From Oceanispirochaeta sp. (GTDB lineage Bacteria > Spirochaetota > Spirochaetia > DSM-2461): DNA of 64,000 bases. The position numbers and the translations under genes are program-made. Shown piece after piece: positions 19,195 through 27,333 of this stretch. The notes below the pieces were generated by a model. The model saw nothing but the letters and a program-made list of their open reading frames with translations. It did not search any database and was not told the origin of the DNA. The stretch's first letter is position 1. Each line of letters opens with the position of its first letter. The stretch covers positions 288,001-352,000 of the forward strand of contig CAXXOA010000001.1 in the NCBI GenBank assembly GCA_963666275.2, in the 5' to 3' direction.

Positions 19195-19749
19195 CTATTG
19201 CGACTCCATACTGCCGACGGACTCCCATTCGGCAAGATATTCAGCCCTGGCTCTGGAAAGATACTTTTCTGAATACAGATAAACATCTCCATTTGAGGCT
19301 TTTGTCCTGAAAATGTCCTTGAACTGGTCATTGTCGGCGACAAGAGCTTCCATCGCTGCCTCAAGCTGTCCGGATTCCAGCCTGTAGGGAGGATCCAGAA
19401 ACATATCAATTCTGCTGGGACGGGGATAGAGTCCGGACTCTTTCCGTACGGTCTCAGCAATGGTTCTGAGATTATCTCCTTCTGCGGCAAAATTCAATGC
19501 TTCCGCATAGGAGTCACTCATTATTTTTTCATCATAGCAGCGCAGTCTTTCTTTTCCCGAAAGGACTCTGACAGGAGACTGTCCGTCGGAGTTCAAATCC
19601 GCCAGAGACTGCCGTATCAGGGAGTTGGAATATTCCTCAGATTCCTGCTCGGCAAAGAGGTCTGTCAGTTCCAGGTCGTCTATAAGTCGCGACTCTGCAG
19701 AAGCGGCCGAAACCGCTTCTGCAAGAATCTCATTCACTGAGATACTCAT
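19195..19749 (-). CDS. YdhW-family accessory protein
   Basis: Directly after the AOR gene; VRKES.LYPRP and YLYS.KYLS...A..LAEW motifs recalled from YdhW. Confidence 0.7.
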   Translation of the reverse strand: MSISVNEILAEAVSAASAESRLIDDLELTDLFAEQESEEYSNSLIRQSLADLNSDGQSPVRVLSGKERLRCYDEKIMSDSYAEALNFAAEGDNLRTIAETVRKESGLYPRPSRIDMFLDPPYRLESGQLEAAMEALVADNDQFKDIFRTKASNGDVYLYSEKYLSRARAEYLAEWESVGSMESQ

Positions 19750-19754
19750 AAACC

Positions 19755-21854
19755 TCAGGCAAGCAGACCGAGGCTTTCCAGCTCATCGGCTACATCTTTC
19801 ATTTCATTTTTTTCCAGAGTGGCTCTGGTGGGGATTCCAGTCTCTTCATCCCATCCCATCTCTTTATAGAAAAAGGTAAGAGCTTTATTGTAGTCATCCC
19901 TGTCAAGTTTAATGGTTCCTTCACTGAAGGGTTCTTTATCCGGATCCATGGTGTACTGCCAGCCTGTCAGCTGATCATGGTCTTCTCTCAGATTTTTGGA
20001 GTTCATCTGTTTGGCTGTCAGGGCCCTATGAAGCTGGAATGTCCTTTCCGCATAGCCGTCAAGAGTTTCCTCATTCACATTAAATCCAGTAGCCATGGAG
20101 AAGAACTGGGCTTCCAGAGAGGTATCTCCCCTGTAATTCTGCTCTTTCAGAGGTGATGTAGTCATGGGCCACATCCAGTTACAGAGAGTCAGTGAGTCAT
20201 GCAAAACATTTCTGACGATACTCCATTTGGTAAACTTCGCTTTTGCTTCATTGGCCGGAGTATAGGACGCAGGCTGATCAATGGCGCCTTCACCGAAGAG
20301 TTCTGCCGCAATCTCCTGCTGAATTTCCGTGGGAAGACCGCTTCCCAGCAGGTTCTGATGGGTATGGCACTGGGCGTCTCTGTTGAACATAGAGGAGATC
20401 ACCGCTCCCACAACACCATTGGATTCATTGCTGTGGTGAACCGGGTAACCGACCTTTGTCCAGAGTTTGTTGCCCTTGTATGTCCAGTAGTCTTCAGGAA
20501 GGTCCCATTTTTCCGCCAGGTAGTGAGCACCCTCTCCCAGAGTTGCCAGTTCGCCCTCTTTAAAGGCTATACGGCGATAGAATTCCTGGAAGAAGCTGAT
20601 GTCTCCGGCTTCCAGCTTTTCAAGCTGAAGTGAGTTATACTCTTCCCTGGGAAGAACCTTTTCCAGAATCCCGTGATGCAGGGTGTACTGAAAATCCCGT
20701 CCTATCTGGCCATAGTTACACCAGACACCGTAATCGTCGGCGATCTGAGCTCCCATTGTTCTTCCAATGACGGTCATTTCGTCTTTGGTCTTCCCTTCCA
20801 TTTTATAGTTTCCGTTCATAACGTAGTTGGGGGAGAAGAATCCCATGCAGGAGTTGGACGCGTTGGGGCTGACTCCAAACTGTTCCAGTTCGGGAACATA
20901 GGTATGGGAGTGACAGCGGATAGGACAGGAGGCGCATCCTCCCATTCTCACTGTATACTGAGGAGCAGCAGGTCCCAGGTCCTTGATAGCCTTCATGGTT
21001 CTGTAACCGATTTTGTTATGCTCCTGGGGAGTAATTTCTCCGGTTTCGATAGGATACTCGGCGGCTTCCCATGCCAGTCCCTTCTGGGCTGTCCAGCGGC
21101 TGCCGGGATGATGATATTCCGCCCAGGCCTGGGGTGTGGAGGGTACAACATGCTGGTTGTTGGCTCCAACAACTTTCAGAGCTGCTTCATTCAGGGCATG
21201 CCATTTCAGTTTATCCCCCGCAATCTTGACTGATCCGGTTCCCCGGATACCGATGGCTTTGAGCATCTTGGATCCCATAACACCGCCGTGACCGCCTGCT
21301 GAGTGGCTGGCTCCGGTTCTGATAACAGAGAGGTTTACCTGATTTTCACCGGCCTGTCCGATACAGGCTACCTGGGAATCTTTACCCATAAGGCCTGTTA
21401 CTTCTTTCATGGTATCAAAGGTTCCGTGTCCCCAGAGCATGGTGGCATCTTCCAGGGTGACATCCTGGTCCGCAATACGCAGCCATACGGGTTTGTCAGA
21501 TTTTCCTTCGATAATGATGGCATCATACCCGGCATATTTCAGTTCCACTGCAAAGTGACCGCCCATGTGGCTGTCGGAAACACCGTGGAAGGGGTTGGAT
21601 GCCAGCAGGCTGGTAATGTTGGTCCGGCCGCTGCACATGGCGCCGGTTCCCGTCAGGGGGCCGACTCCGAAAATGATTTTATTTTCTTCGGCAAAAGGGT
21701 GTGTTCCTGTGGGAACTTCGTCCCACATCACTTTATATCCGATTCCCATTCCGCCGATGAAGTATGTATATTTTTCCGTGGATTCACGGGTTATTGATCC
21801 TGTACTAAGGTTTACGCGCAGGATAGTACCTGCCCATCCGCCATTAATTGCCAT
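19755..21854 (-). CDS. ydhV: Aldehyde:ferredoxin oxidoreductase (YdhV-like W/Mo-bis-MPT enzyme)
   Basis: GW.G.ILRVNL, GPLTG, DSHMGG, GVMGSK.LKAI, C..C...C (GCASCPIRC), DSLTLC, GIPT; 699 aa. Confidence 0.9.
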   Translation of the reverse strand: MAINGGWAGTILRVNLSTGSITRESTEKYTYFIGGMGIGYKVMWDEVPTGTHPFAEENKIIFGVGPLTGTGAMCSGRTNITSLLASNPFHGVSDSHMGGHFAVELKYAGYDAIIIEGKSDKPVWLRIADQDVTLEDATMLWGHGTFDTMKEVTGLMGKDSQVACIGQAGENQVNLSVIRTGASHSAGGHGGVMGSKMLKAIGIRGTGSVKIAGDKLKWHALNEAALKVVGANNQHVVPSTPQAWAEYHHPGSRWTAQKGLAWEAAEYPIETGEITPQEHNKIGYRTMKAIKDLGPAAPQYTVRMGGCASCPIRCHSHTYVPELEQFGVSPNASNSCMGFFSPNYVMNGNYKMEGKTKDEMTVIGRTMGAQIADDYGVWCNYGQIGRDFQYTLHHGILEKVLPREEYNSLQLEKLEAGDISFFQEFYRRIAFKEGELATLGEGAHYLAEKWDLPEDYWTYKGNKLWTKVGYPVHHSNESNGVVGAVISSMFNRDAQCHTHQNLLGSGLPTEIQQEIAAELFGEGAIDQPASYTPANEAKAKFTKWSIVRNVLHDSLTLCNWMWPMTTSPLKEQNYRGDTSLEAQFFSMATGFNVNEETLDGYAERTFQLHRALTAKQMNSKNLREDHDQLTGWQYTMDPDKEPFSEGTIKLDRDDYNKALTFFYKEMGWDEETGIPTRATLEKNEMKDVADELESLGLLA

Positions 21855-21866
21855 GGTTTACTCCTC

Positions 21867-22517
21867 CTATACCTGAAAGTGTTCTTTGTATTTCTGAAGT
21901 GCCTCAGCCCAGGTCACATAGGACAGGGCGCCGGTGGGGCAGGCTTTGACACAGGCTGTATAGCCGTGGCAGAGAATACATTTGGTTGATACATTGGTTT
22001 CGGGATCCAGAGTGGGGATCCCCCAGGGACAGGCTCTTGTACAGGTTCCGCAGCCGACGCATTTTTCCGCATCCACTTCACGGGCTCCTGTGGCTTCCTG
22101 CTGGAAAATAGCTCCCTGCGGACAGGCCAGACCACAGGCCGGCTGTTCGCACTGGCGGCAGGTGTCAGCTGTCATGGTGTAATTTCCCATTTCTCCGGCA
22201 CCGTGAACCCAGTCGCCTCTGACCCCTTTGGATCCATAGGCCAGATTCTGGCTGACTTTGATTCTGGCTGTTACCTGGCTGGCTTTTCCGTCGTTTCCGA
22301 CAGAACATGTGGATTCGCACATAAGGCAGCCCGTACAGCGGGGCGGTTCATGAATGATCATACCGTCTGCAGCTTCGAATACCTGAATATCTTTTGATTT
22401 ACAACCCGGCAGCAGCCATGAAGCGGCTCCGGCTCCGATTGTTCCCAGTCCTGTAAACTTGAGAAAATCCCGGCGGGTAATTGCCGTGTTTAGAAGTTTG
22501 TTTTCTTTTACGGACAC
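21867..22517 (-). CDS. ydhY: YdhY-like multi-[4Fe-4S] ferredoxin subunit with Tat-lipoprotein signal
   Basis: GTG start at 22517 after GGAGGAG; TRRDFLK, hydrophobic stretch, LLPG-C; four Cys cluster motifs including ADTCRQC..P.C..ACP. Confidence 0.85.
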   Translation of the reverse strand: MSVKENKLLNTAITRRDFLKFTGLGTIGAGAASWLLPGCKSKDIQVFEAADGMIIHEPPRCTGCLMCESTCSVGNDGKASQVTARIKVSQNLAYGSKGVRGDWVHGAGEMGNYTMTADTCRQCEQPACGLACPQGAIFQQEATGAREVDAEKCVGCGTCTRACPWGIPTLDPETNVSTKCILCHGYTACVKACPTGALSYVTWAEALQKYKEHFQV

Positions 22518-22541
22518 AATATCTCCTCCATTGTTTGTAGT

Positions 22542-22639
22542 CTCCTTTTCAAACACGGGAGGCAGCCATCGTTTCCAAGGTACCCAATGTCCGGAATCCA
22601 TAGACGAAGAGATCGTCCTTAGGGGGGTCCGGATCGGAG
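22542..22639 (-). ncRNA. Moco RNA motif (molybdenum/tungsten cofactor riboswitch candidate), P3-less form
   Basis: CTCC..GGAG P1; TCCGGA..CCTAAG..TATGG..TCCGGA P2; GAAA-loop P4; 3' GCCTCCCGTGTTTGAAAAGGAG matches the moaA-type GCCUCCCGUAUUUGGAAAGG signature. Confidence 0.88.
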
Positions 22640-22652
22640 CTTTATGTTTTTT

Positions 22653-22681
22653 ATTATAGGCCCGGAAGTCTTATTCGTAAA
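22653..22681 (-). promoter_or_regulatory. sigma70 promoter of the riboswitch-AOR operon
   Basis: TTTACG-N17-TATAAT on the minus strand, just upstream of the RNA motif. Confidence 0.75.
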
Positions 22682-22871
22682 GTATCTATCGATAAAAAAG
22701 TAGTTATTAAAAGCCTTTATAATTGGGTTGTTGATATAATTTCTTGCTGTCCCTGAAAATAGAGGCATAATTTTTTTTTAGAGGGAAATTCCCGCTTTTC
22801 ACAGGCTCTTTCGGGTGAATAGAACATGAGAATCATGGCATTCCTTATGTAAGCTTGCTATACTCTATAGT

Positions 22872-23393
22872 ATGAAAGAAATAAGCCTTAACGAAGCATT
22901 GAATAAACAGATTAAAAAAATCATGCCTTTCAAATTCCTTGAACCTGTTCCTTCTGACTTTCTGCTTGAACGGTCGGAAGTTTATGAATATGAGGAAGGA
23001 GAGATCATTATCCATCAGGGAGATGTGAACCAGTCTTTCTATTCGATTGTGTCCGGAACTATTAATGTCACTGTTCATAATGAGAACGGAACCGACAGCT
23101 ATATCTGCTCCATCGGGCAGGGAGAAGTCTTCGGTGAGGCAGGAATGTTTCTGAAAGTTCCCCGGACAGCCAATGTCACAGCGGGAGAAACCACCAGGGT
23201 CGTTATGATCCCCAGGAACAGTATTCTGAAGCTGATCAGGGAATTCCCCGAAAACGGAAATAAGTTCCTTCTTATGATTATTTTCAGTCTTCTGAGGAAA
23301 CTGAAGGGATCCAATCAGGAACTGGCCTTTGAGCGGCGCAGCGATTCTGATCAGGATGATATTGATGATCTTGTAAACAGTCTCCTGAGCTGA
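22872..23393 (+). CDS. Stand-alone cyclic-nucleotide-binding domain protein (no HTH)
   Basis: GE.II.QGD, FGEAG....PRTANV.A phosphate-binding cassette. Confidence 0.85.
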   Translation: MKEISLNEALNKQIKKIMPFKFLEPVPSDFLLERSEVYEYEEGEIIIHQGDVNQSFYSIVSGTINVTVHNENGTDSYICSIGQGEVFGEAGMFLKVPRTANVTAGETTRVVMIPRNSILKLIREFPENGNKFLLMIIFSLLRKLKGSNQELAFERRSDSDQDDIDDLVNSLLS

Positions 23394-23394
23394 G

Positions 23395-23442
23395 AAAAAA
23401 AAATCTCCGCCGGGCAGGAAAAATCAACTGGACCGACGGAGA
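23395..23442 (-). terminator. Intrinsic terminator
   Basis: TCTCCG(23404)..CGGAGA(23442) stem with an A9 tract at 23395-23403. Confidence 0.7.
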
Positions 23443-23531
23443 CGTTACCGGGAATCGTAAACCGGAGATCTACATTTTATCTCCTGCGATTCGGTATTGG
23501 CAAGGGAAAGTTCAAAGAAAAAGTAAAGTTT

Positions 23532-24698
23532 TTACGGAATCATAATTCCCTTGAGGTAATCTTCGTCTCCCATCTTTTTCAGAGTATCCAGAAGACCGTC
23601 CAGATCGGTTTTATGGGTAAACATTTTATGGAGAGGGATTGTTTTGTGGCGCTTCAGAATCTGAAACGCCTTGTCAAAGGCTCCGGGATGGTTGGCGCTC
23701 ATTCCGAGGATCCTGGCATGTTTGCTGCAGATCAGTCTGGCCGGATCAAATGAGATCTCTTTGCCCTGGTTCACCATGTTTCCCACTTCCACATAGGTTC
23801 CCAGGCGGCGCATCATTTCTAGTCCGTCAATAAAGGTTTCCACGTTATTGGAGCACTGCATAACCACGTCGGCCCCTCCGCCAGTCAGGTCTTTTACCAT
23901 TTCGATCCGCTGGGAACGGCTGTATTTATGATAGTCGATGACATGATCCACCCCGGCGATCTCTTCTGAAAGATCCAGCCTTTTCTGACGGCTTCCTATC
24001 ATAATCACCTGCTGGGCTCCCATAAGGCGGCAGTAGAGGGCTGTCAGTACTCCCACCTGGCCGGAACCGATGACAACCACCCGGGAGCTTGTTGTGAGGC
24101 CCTGTTCCATGATCCCCGGGCCAGTCAAAGCCAGTTCCACTGCCCTGACCGCTACAGCCATGGGGTCAAGGAGAACCGCAATTTCCGATGGCATATCCTC
24201 CGGAACTTTCCAGAGATAGGTTTCGGGGAATACATAGGTATATTCGGCGAAGCCGCCCATGAAATGGGGCCATCGGCTTATATCTGAACTGATGGTTTCC
24301 TTTCCTTCCAGCCCCAGTTTTGAATAGGGGACTCCGTATACAAAAGAGCTGTCGCAGGTGGTGCAGGTTCCCGGTCTGTTGCTCAGACATCCGGGGCATT
24401 TTCCGCAGGTTATCCAGGGGTACAGAACGACCCTGTCTCCCTCTTTGACGGGGCCCTCATAAATGTTCAGAGAACCCGCTGCTTTCGAGCCCATGCCGAT
24501 TATGGTCCCTGTGACCTCATGGCTCATTATGGCGGGGTAGGGCGGCGTATCCTGAATCAGATGACCATCGGTACCGCAGATACCGGCGGCATCCACTTTT
24601 AAGAGGAGGCCGTCCTCCTTTACCTGGGGAACATCCAGTTCACGAATCTCTATGTCGTATTTTCCCAGCCAGACAGCGGCTTTTCCTTTTTTCTGCAT
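23532..24698 (-). CDS. Zn-dependent medium-chain alcohol dehydrogenase/reductase
   Basis: GICGTD.H, SHE.TG, structural Zn CGKCPGC..C, G.G.VG. Confidence 0.88.
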   Translation of the reverse strand: MQKKGKAAVWLGKYDIEIRELDVPQVKEDGLLLKVDAAGICGTDGHLIQDTPPYPAIMSHEVTGTIIGMGSKAAGSLNIYEGPVKEGDRVVLYPWITCGKCPGCLSNRPGTCTTCDSSFVYGVPYSKLGLEGKETISSDISRWPHFMGGFAEYTYVFPETYLWKVPEDMPSEIAVLLDPMAVAVRAVELALTGPGIMEQGLTTSSRVVVIGSGQVGVLTALYCRLMGAQQVIMIGSRQKRLDLSEEIAGVDHVIDYHKYSRSQRIEMVKDLTGGGADVVMQCSNNVETFIDGLEMMRRLGTYVEVGNMVNQGKEISFDPARLICSKHARILGMSANHPGAFDKAFQILKRHKTIPLHKMFTHKTDLDGLLDTLKKMGDEDYLKGIMIP

Positions 24699-24736
24699 AG
24701 TTATTCCTCCTTTGCATCCCTGTCATTATATTCTGC

Positions 24737-24770
24737 TTGACAAATTTGTTCTAGTGTTTTAAAACACTAG
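24737..24770. promoter_or_regulatory. Perfect 20-bp palindromic operator overlapping the fucU promoter
   Basis: TTGACA(24737-24742); CTAGTGTTTTAAAACACTAG(24751-24770) covers the expected -10. Confidence 0.85.
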
Positions 24771-24798
24771 GATAATCCAATTCTGCAGGAGAAATATT

Positions 24799-25233
24799 AT
24801 GCTGAAGGGTATACCTAAAATACTCTCTCCCGAGCTTGTAAAAGTTCTGATGGAGATGGGACATGGAGACGAAATTGTCATATCCGACGGAAACTTCCCC
24901 GCTGTTACATGCGGACAGCAGGTGGTCAGGGCCGACGGGCATGGTGTTCCCGAAATTCTGGATGCGATCCTGACCCTTTTTCCCCTGGATCCCTATGGTG
25001 AGGAAGTTCCCGTCTCACTGATGGAGGTGGTTCCCGGAGATACAGTGGAAACCCCCATCTGGGATGAGTACAAGGCCATTGTCAAAAAACACAACTCTGA
25101 TTTCAAGGACTTCAACTTTATCGAGCGCTTTGAATTCTACGAAAGAACCAAAAAAACTTTTGCTGTTGTAGCTACCGGTGAAGCCGCCCTTTATGCTAAT
25201 ATTCTTATCCGTAAAGGGGTTGTGGTCGACTGA
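24799..25233 (+). CDS. fucU: RbsD/FucU-family mutarotase (L-fucose mutarotase-like)
   Basis: MLKGI..ILSPEL...L.EMGHGDEIVI.D.NFP, ERF.FYE, TGE.ALYAN.L..KGV. Confidence 0.9.
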   Translation: MLKGIPKILSPELVKVLMEMGHGDEIVISDGNFPAVTCGQQVVRADGHGVPEILDAILTLFPLDPYGEEVPVSLMEVVPGDTVETPIWDEYKAIVKKHNSDFKDFNFIERFEFYERTKKTFAVVATGEAALYANILIRKGVVVD

Positions 25234-25259
25234 TTCCCTTCCCCGGAGGAAGGTCGTAA

Positions 25260-26303
25260 GTGGATCAGACAAAAGACACATCTCAGCTCCCCCGCATTCT
25301 TATTCTGGATACGGGGGGGACTATCAGCCAGAAACCGGGCAGTCAGGGGGCACTGGAACCCTGTGCCACCGATTATATTGATCTGGTACCCCGGCTTCAT
25401 GAGATAGCCCGGATCAATCATGTCCGTCTGGAAAGGATGGACAGCACCGATATGACCACAGATCTGCGCGGTCAGATTGCCGAAAAGATTGCAGAAGCCT
25501 ACGAAGACCACGATGGCTTTGTGGTCCTTCATGGCACCGACACTATGGCGGATACGGCCGCCTCCCTGAACTATATGCTCCGGGGACTGGGAAAGCCTGT
25601 GGTCCTGACAGGAGCTCAGCTCCCTATCTTCGCTCCCGGTCCCGACGGGATGAACAATCTCTACTATTCCGTTAAAACCGCCGGTATGGATCTGGGGGAA
25701 GTGGTCATCTGTTTTGGAGACCGCATCCTCAGGGGGAGCCGTTCCATGAAAGAGAATGTCCACGGTTTCAATGCCTTCAGTTCCCTCCGTGTTCCCCCTC
25801 TGGGAGAACTGGGAGTTTCGGTTCAGCTGCTGGATCACAGGATCCCCCGCCGGGAGAGCACAGTGGATCTTTTTACAGCCTTTGATTCCGGGGTGATCTA
25901 CCTTCCCATGACTTCCGGGACATCCCTTCCTCTTCTGGATAATCTGGCGCAGTGGAAGGATCTGCATGGTCTTGTTCTGGGGGGATTCGGAACTGGTAAT
26001 ATTCCCACCTCCCAGATGGAGGGTCTGAAAAAGATTCTTGACCGTCAGATTCCCGTGGTTGTTGTAACAACCTGCATGAAGGGCGAAACCAATCTGAACC
26101 AGTATCATGTCGGCCAGGCCGCGAAGGATCTCGGTGTCATAGAAGGGGGAGATCTTTCTCCTTCCTCAGCGGTTCAGAAACTGATGTATGCCCTGGGGCT
26201 TGTGAATGCCTCCCGGCCCGGACTCTCAAATAAGGACAAACTGCAGAAGGTCAGATCCCTTTTCCGGATTCCCATCGGGCTGGATATGGTTTCTTCCAGA
26301 TAG
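25260..26303 (+). CDS. ansA: Type I (cytoplasmic) L-asparaginase
   Basis: TGGTI, DSTDM, HGTDTM, LTGAQ.P, G.GN. Confidence 0.88.
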   Translation: MDQTKDTSQLPRILILDTGGTISQKPGSQGALEPCATDYIDLVPRLHEIARINHVRLERMDSTDMTTDLRGQIAEKIAEAYEDHDGFVVLHGTDTMADTAASLNYMLRGLGKPVVLTGAQLPIFAPGPDGMNNLYYSVKTAGMDLGEVVICFGDRILRGSRSMKENVHGFNAFSSLRVPPLGELGVSVQLLDHRIPRRESTVDLFTAFDSGVIYLPMTSGTSLPLLDNLAQWKDLHGLVLGGFGTGNIPTSQMEGLKKILDRQIPVVVVTTCMKGETNLNQYHVGQAAKDLGVIEGGDLSPSSAVQKLMYALGLVNASRPGLSNKDKLQKVRSLFRIPIGLDMVSSR

Positions 26304-26454
26304 CAGATTTCAAAGTATCCTCTTTTCATCCCATTTGTATCATTTATGAAATTCAAAAACTATATGAATATAATGCATAGTAAACTATCCTGCCTTGACA
26401 TGTTACATAAAATTACGTAAAGATTGTTATTATATGTAATATAGGGGAATATTT

Positions 26455-26880
26455 GTGAGTCGTTCTGTCTATACAGTCAATGAAGCTGCCGAGCTCTGCA
26501 GACTTCATCCGAGAACTATTGTTAGAAAGATCAGAGAAGGCGAGATCAAAGCTCATAAGATCGGCCGTCAGTACAGGATGAGTCATGAAGACCTTGAGAC
26601 CTTTATGGGAGTCCTGCCGGATAAGGGCTTTGCATCAGAGACTTCCGGGGCTGGGCCGGTTCTGGTTTCGTCTGTGGTCGACATGGATGGTATAAGCCGG
26701 GAGGAAAGTCAAAGGATCACCAATACTCTTATGGCAGCCATGAACTCGGAGCACTCTTCCTCCTCCCGGGTGGACTTTCTCTATTATGAGGAACTGAGAC
26801 GGCTCAAAATCGTTATTAACAGCGATCTGGAAAGGACTTCCCGGATCCTGAAAGTTCTTGAAGTTTTTGCACAGCATTAG
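26455..26880 (+). CDS. Excisionase-like (HTH_17) DNA-binding protein with C-terminal domain
   Basis: YTV.EAAE...LH..T....IREG.I.A.KIG.QYR. Confidence 0.8.
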   Translation: MSRSVYTVNEAAELCRLHPRTIVRKIREGEIKAHKIGRQYRMSHEDLETFMGVLPDKGFASETSGAGPVLVSSVVDMDGISREESQRITNTLMAAMNSEHSSSSRVDFLYYEELRRLKIVINSDLERTSRILKVLEVFAQH

Positions 26881-26887
26881 AGAGTTA

Positions 26888-26921
26888 TATCCTTCCGTTA
26901 TTTCGGTATAACGGTAGGATA
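26888..26921. other. Intercistronic hairpin
   Basis: TATCCTTCCGTTAT..ATAACGGTAGGATA. Confidence 0.55.
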
Positions 26922-26948
26922 AATAGCAGGGAATACAAAATAAATTGG

Positions 26949-27311
26949 ATGGGGAGTTGGAAAATGGAATATACGCTTCATGAAAGGGGAGAAAAAACGG
27001 TTACCGAAATTCACAGACTGACCGAGGTTCTTGAGAGTTCCGGGGATTTTCTGGATCTTATGGCCAATTCCCCTTCACGGTACATCCTCCTGCATAAAAG
27101 GAATGTCTGCGAGGAATTTTTTGATCTGAAAAGCCGTCTGGCCGGAGAGATTTTACAGAAAGCTGTCAATTATCAGATACATTTCGGAATCATCGGGGAC
27201 TTCTCTGTATATGAAAGCCCTAGTCTTAAGGATTTTATTTATGAAAGCAACAGGGGACGGCAGATCGTCTTTGTAGAAACTCTTGAGAAGGGCCTGTTGC
27301 TGTTCTCCTGA
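26949..27311 (+). CDS. DUF4180 domain protein
   Basis: FFDL.S.LAGEILQK..NY, I.GDFS.Y.S.SL.DFIYESNRG. Confidence 0.88.
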   Translation: MGSWKMEYTLHERGEKTVTEIHRLTEVLESSGDFLDLMANSPSRYILLHKRNVCEEFFDLKSRLAGEILQKAVNYQIHFGIIGDFSVYESPSLKDFIYESNRGRQIVFVETLEKGLLLFS

Positions 27312-27333
27312 TATCCAGGGAAGCCGGGGACAG

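Noticed and set aside
22518..22601. N-terminal extension of the ydhY ORF in the track
   Set aside because: It overlaps the riboswitch; the RBS and signal peptide point to the GTG at 22517
26455..26880. Excisionase-like HTH as a sign of a prophage or ICE
   Set aside because: No integrase, att site, tRNA or phage genes nearby; more likely a stand-alone regulator paired with DUF4180
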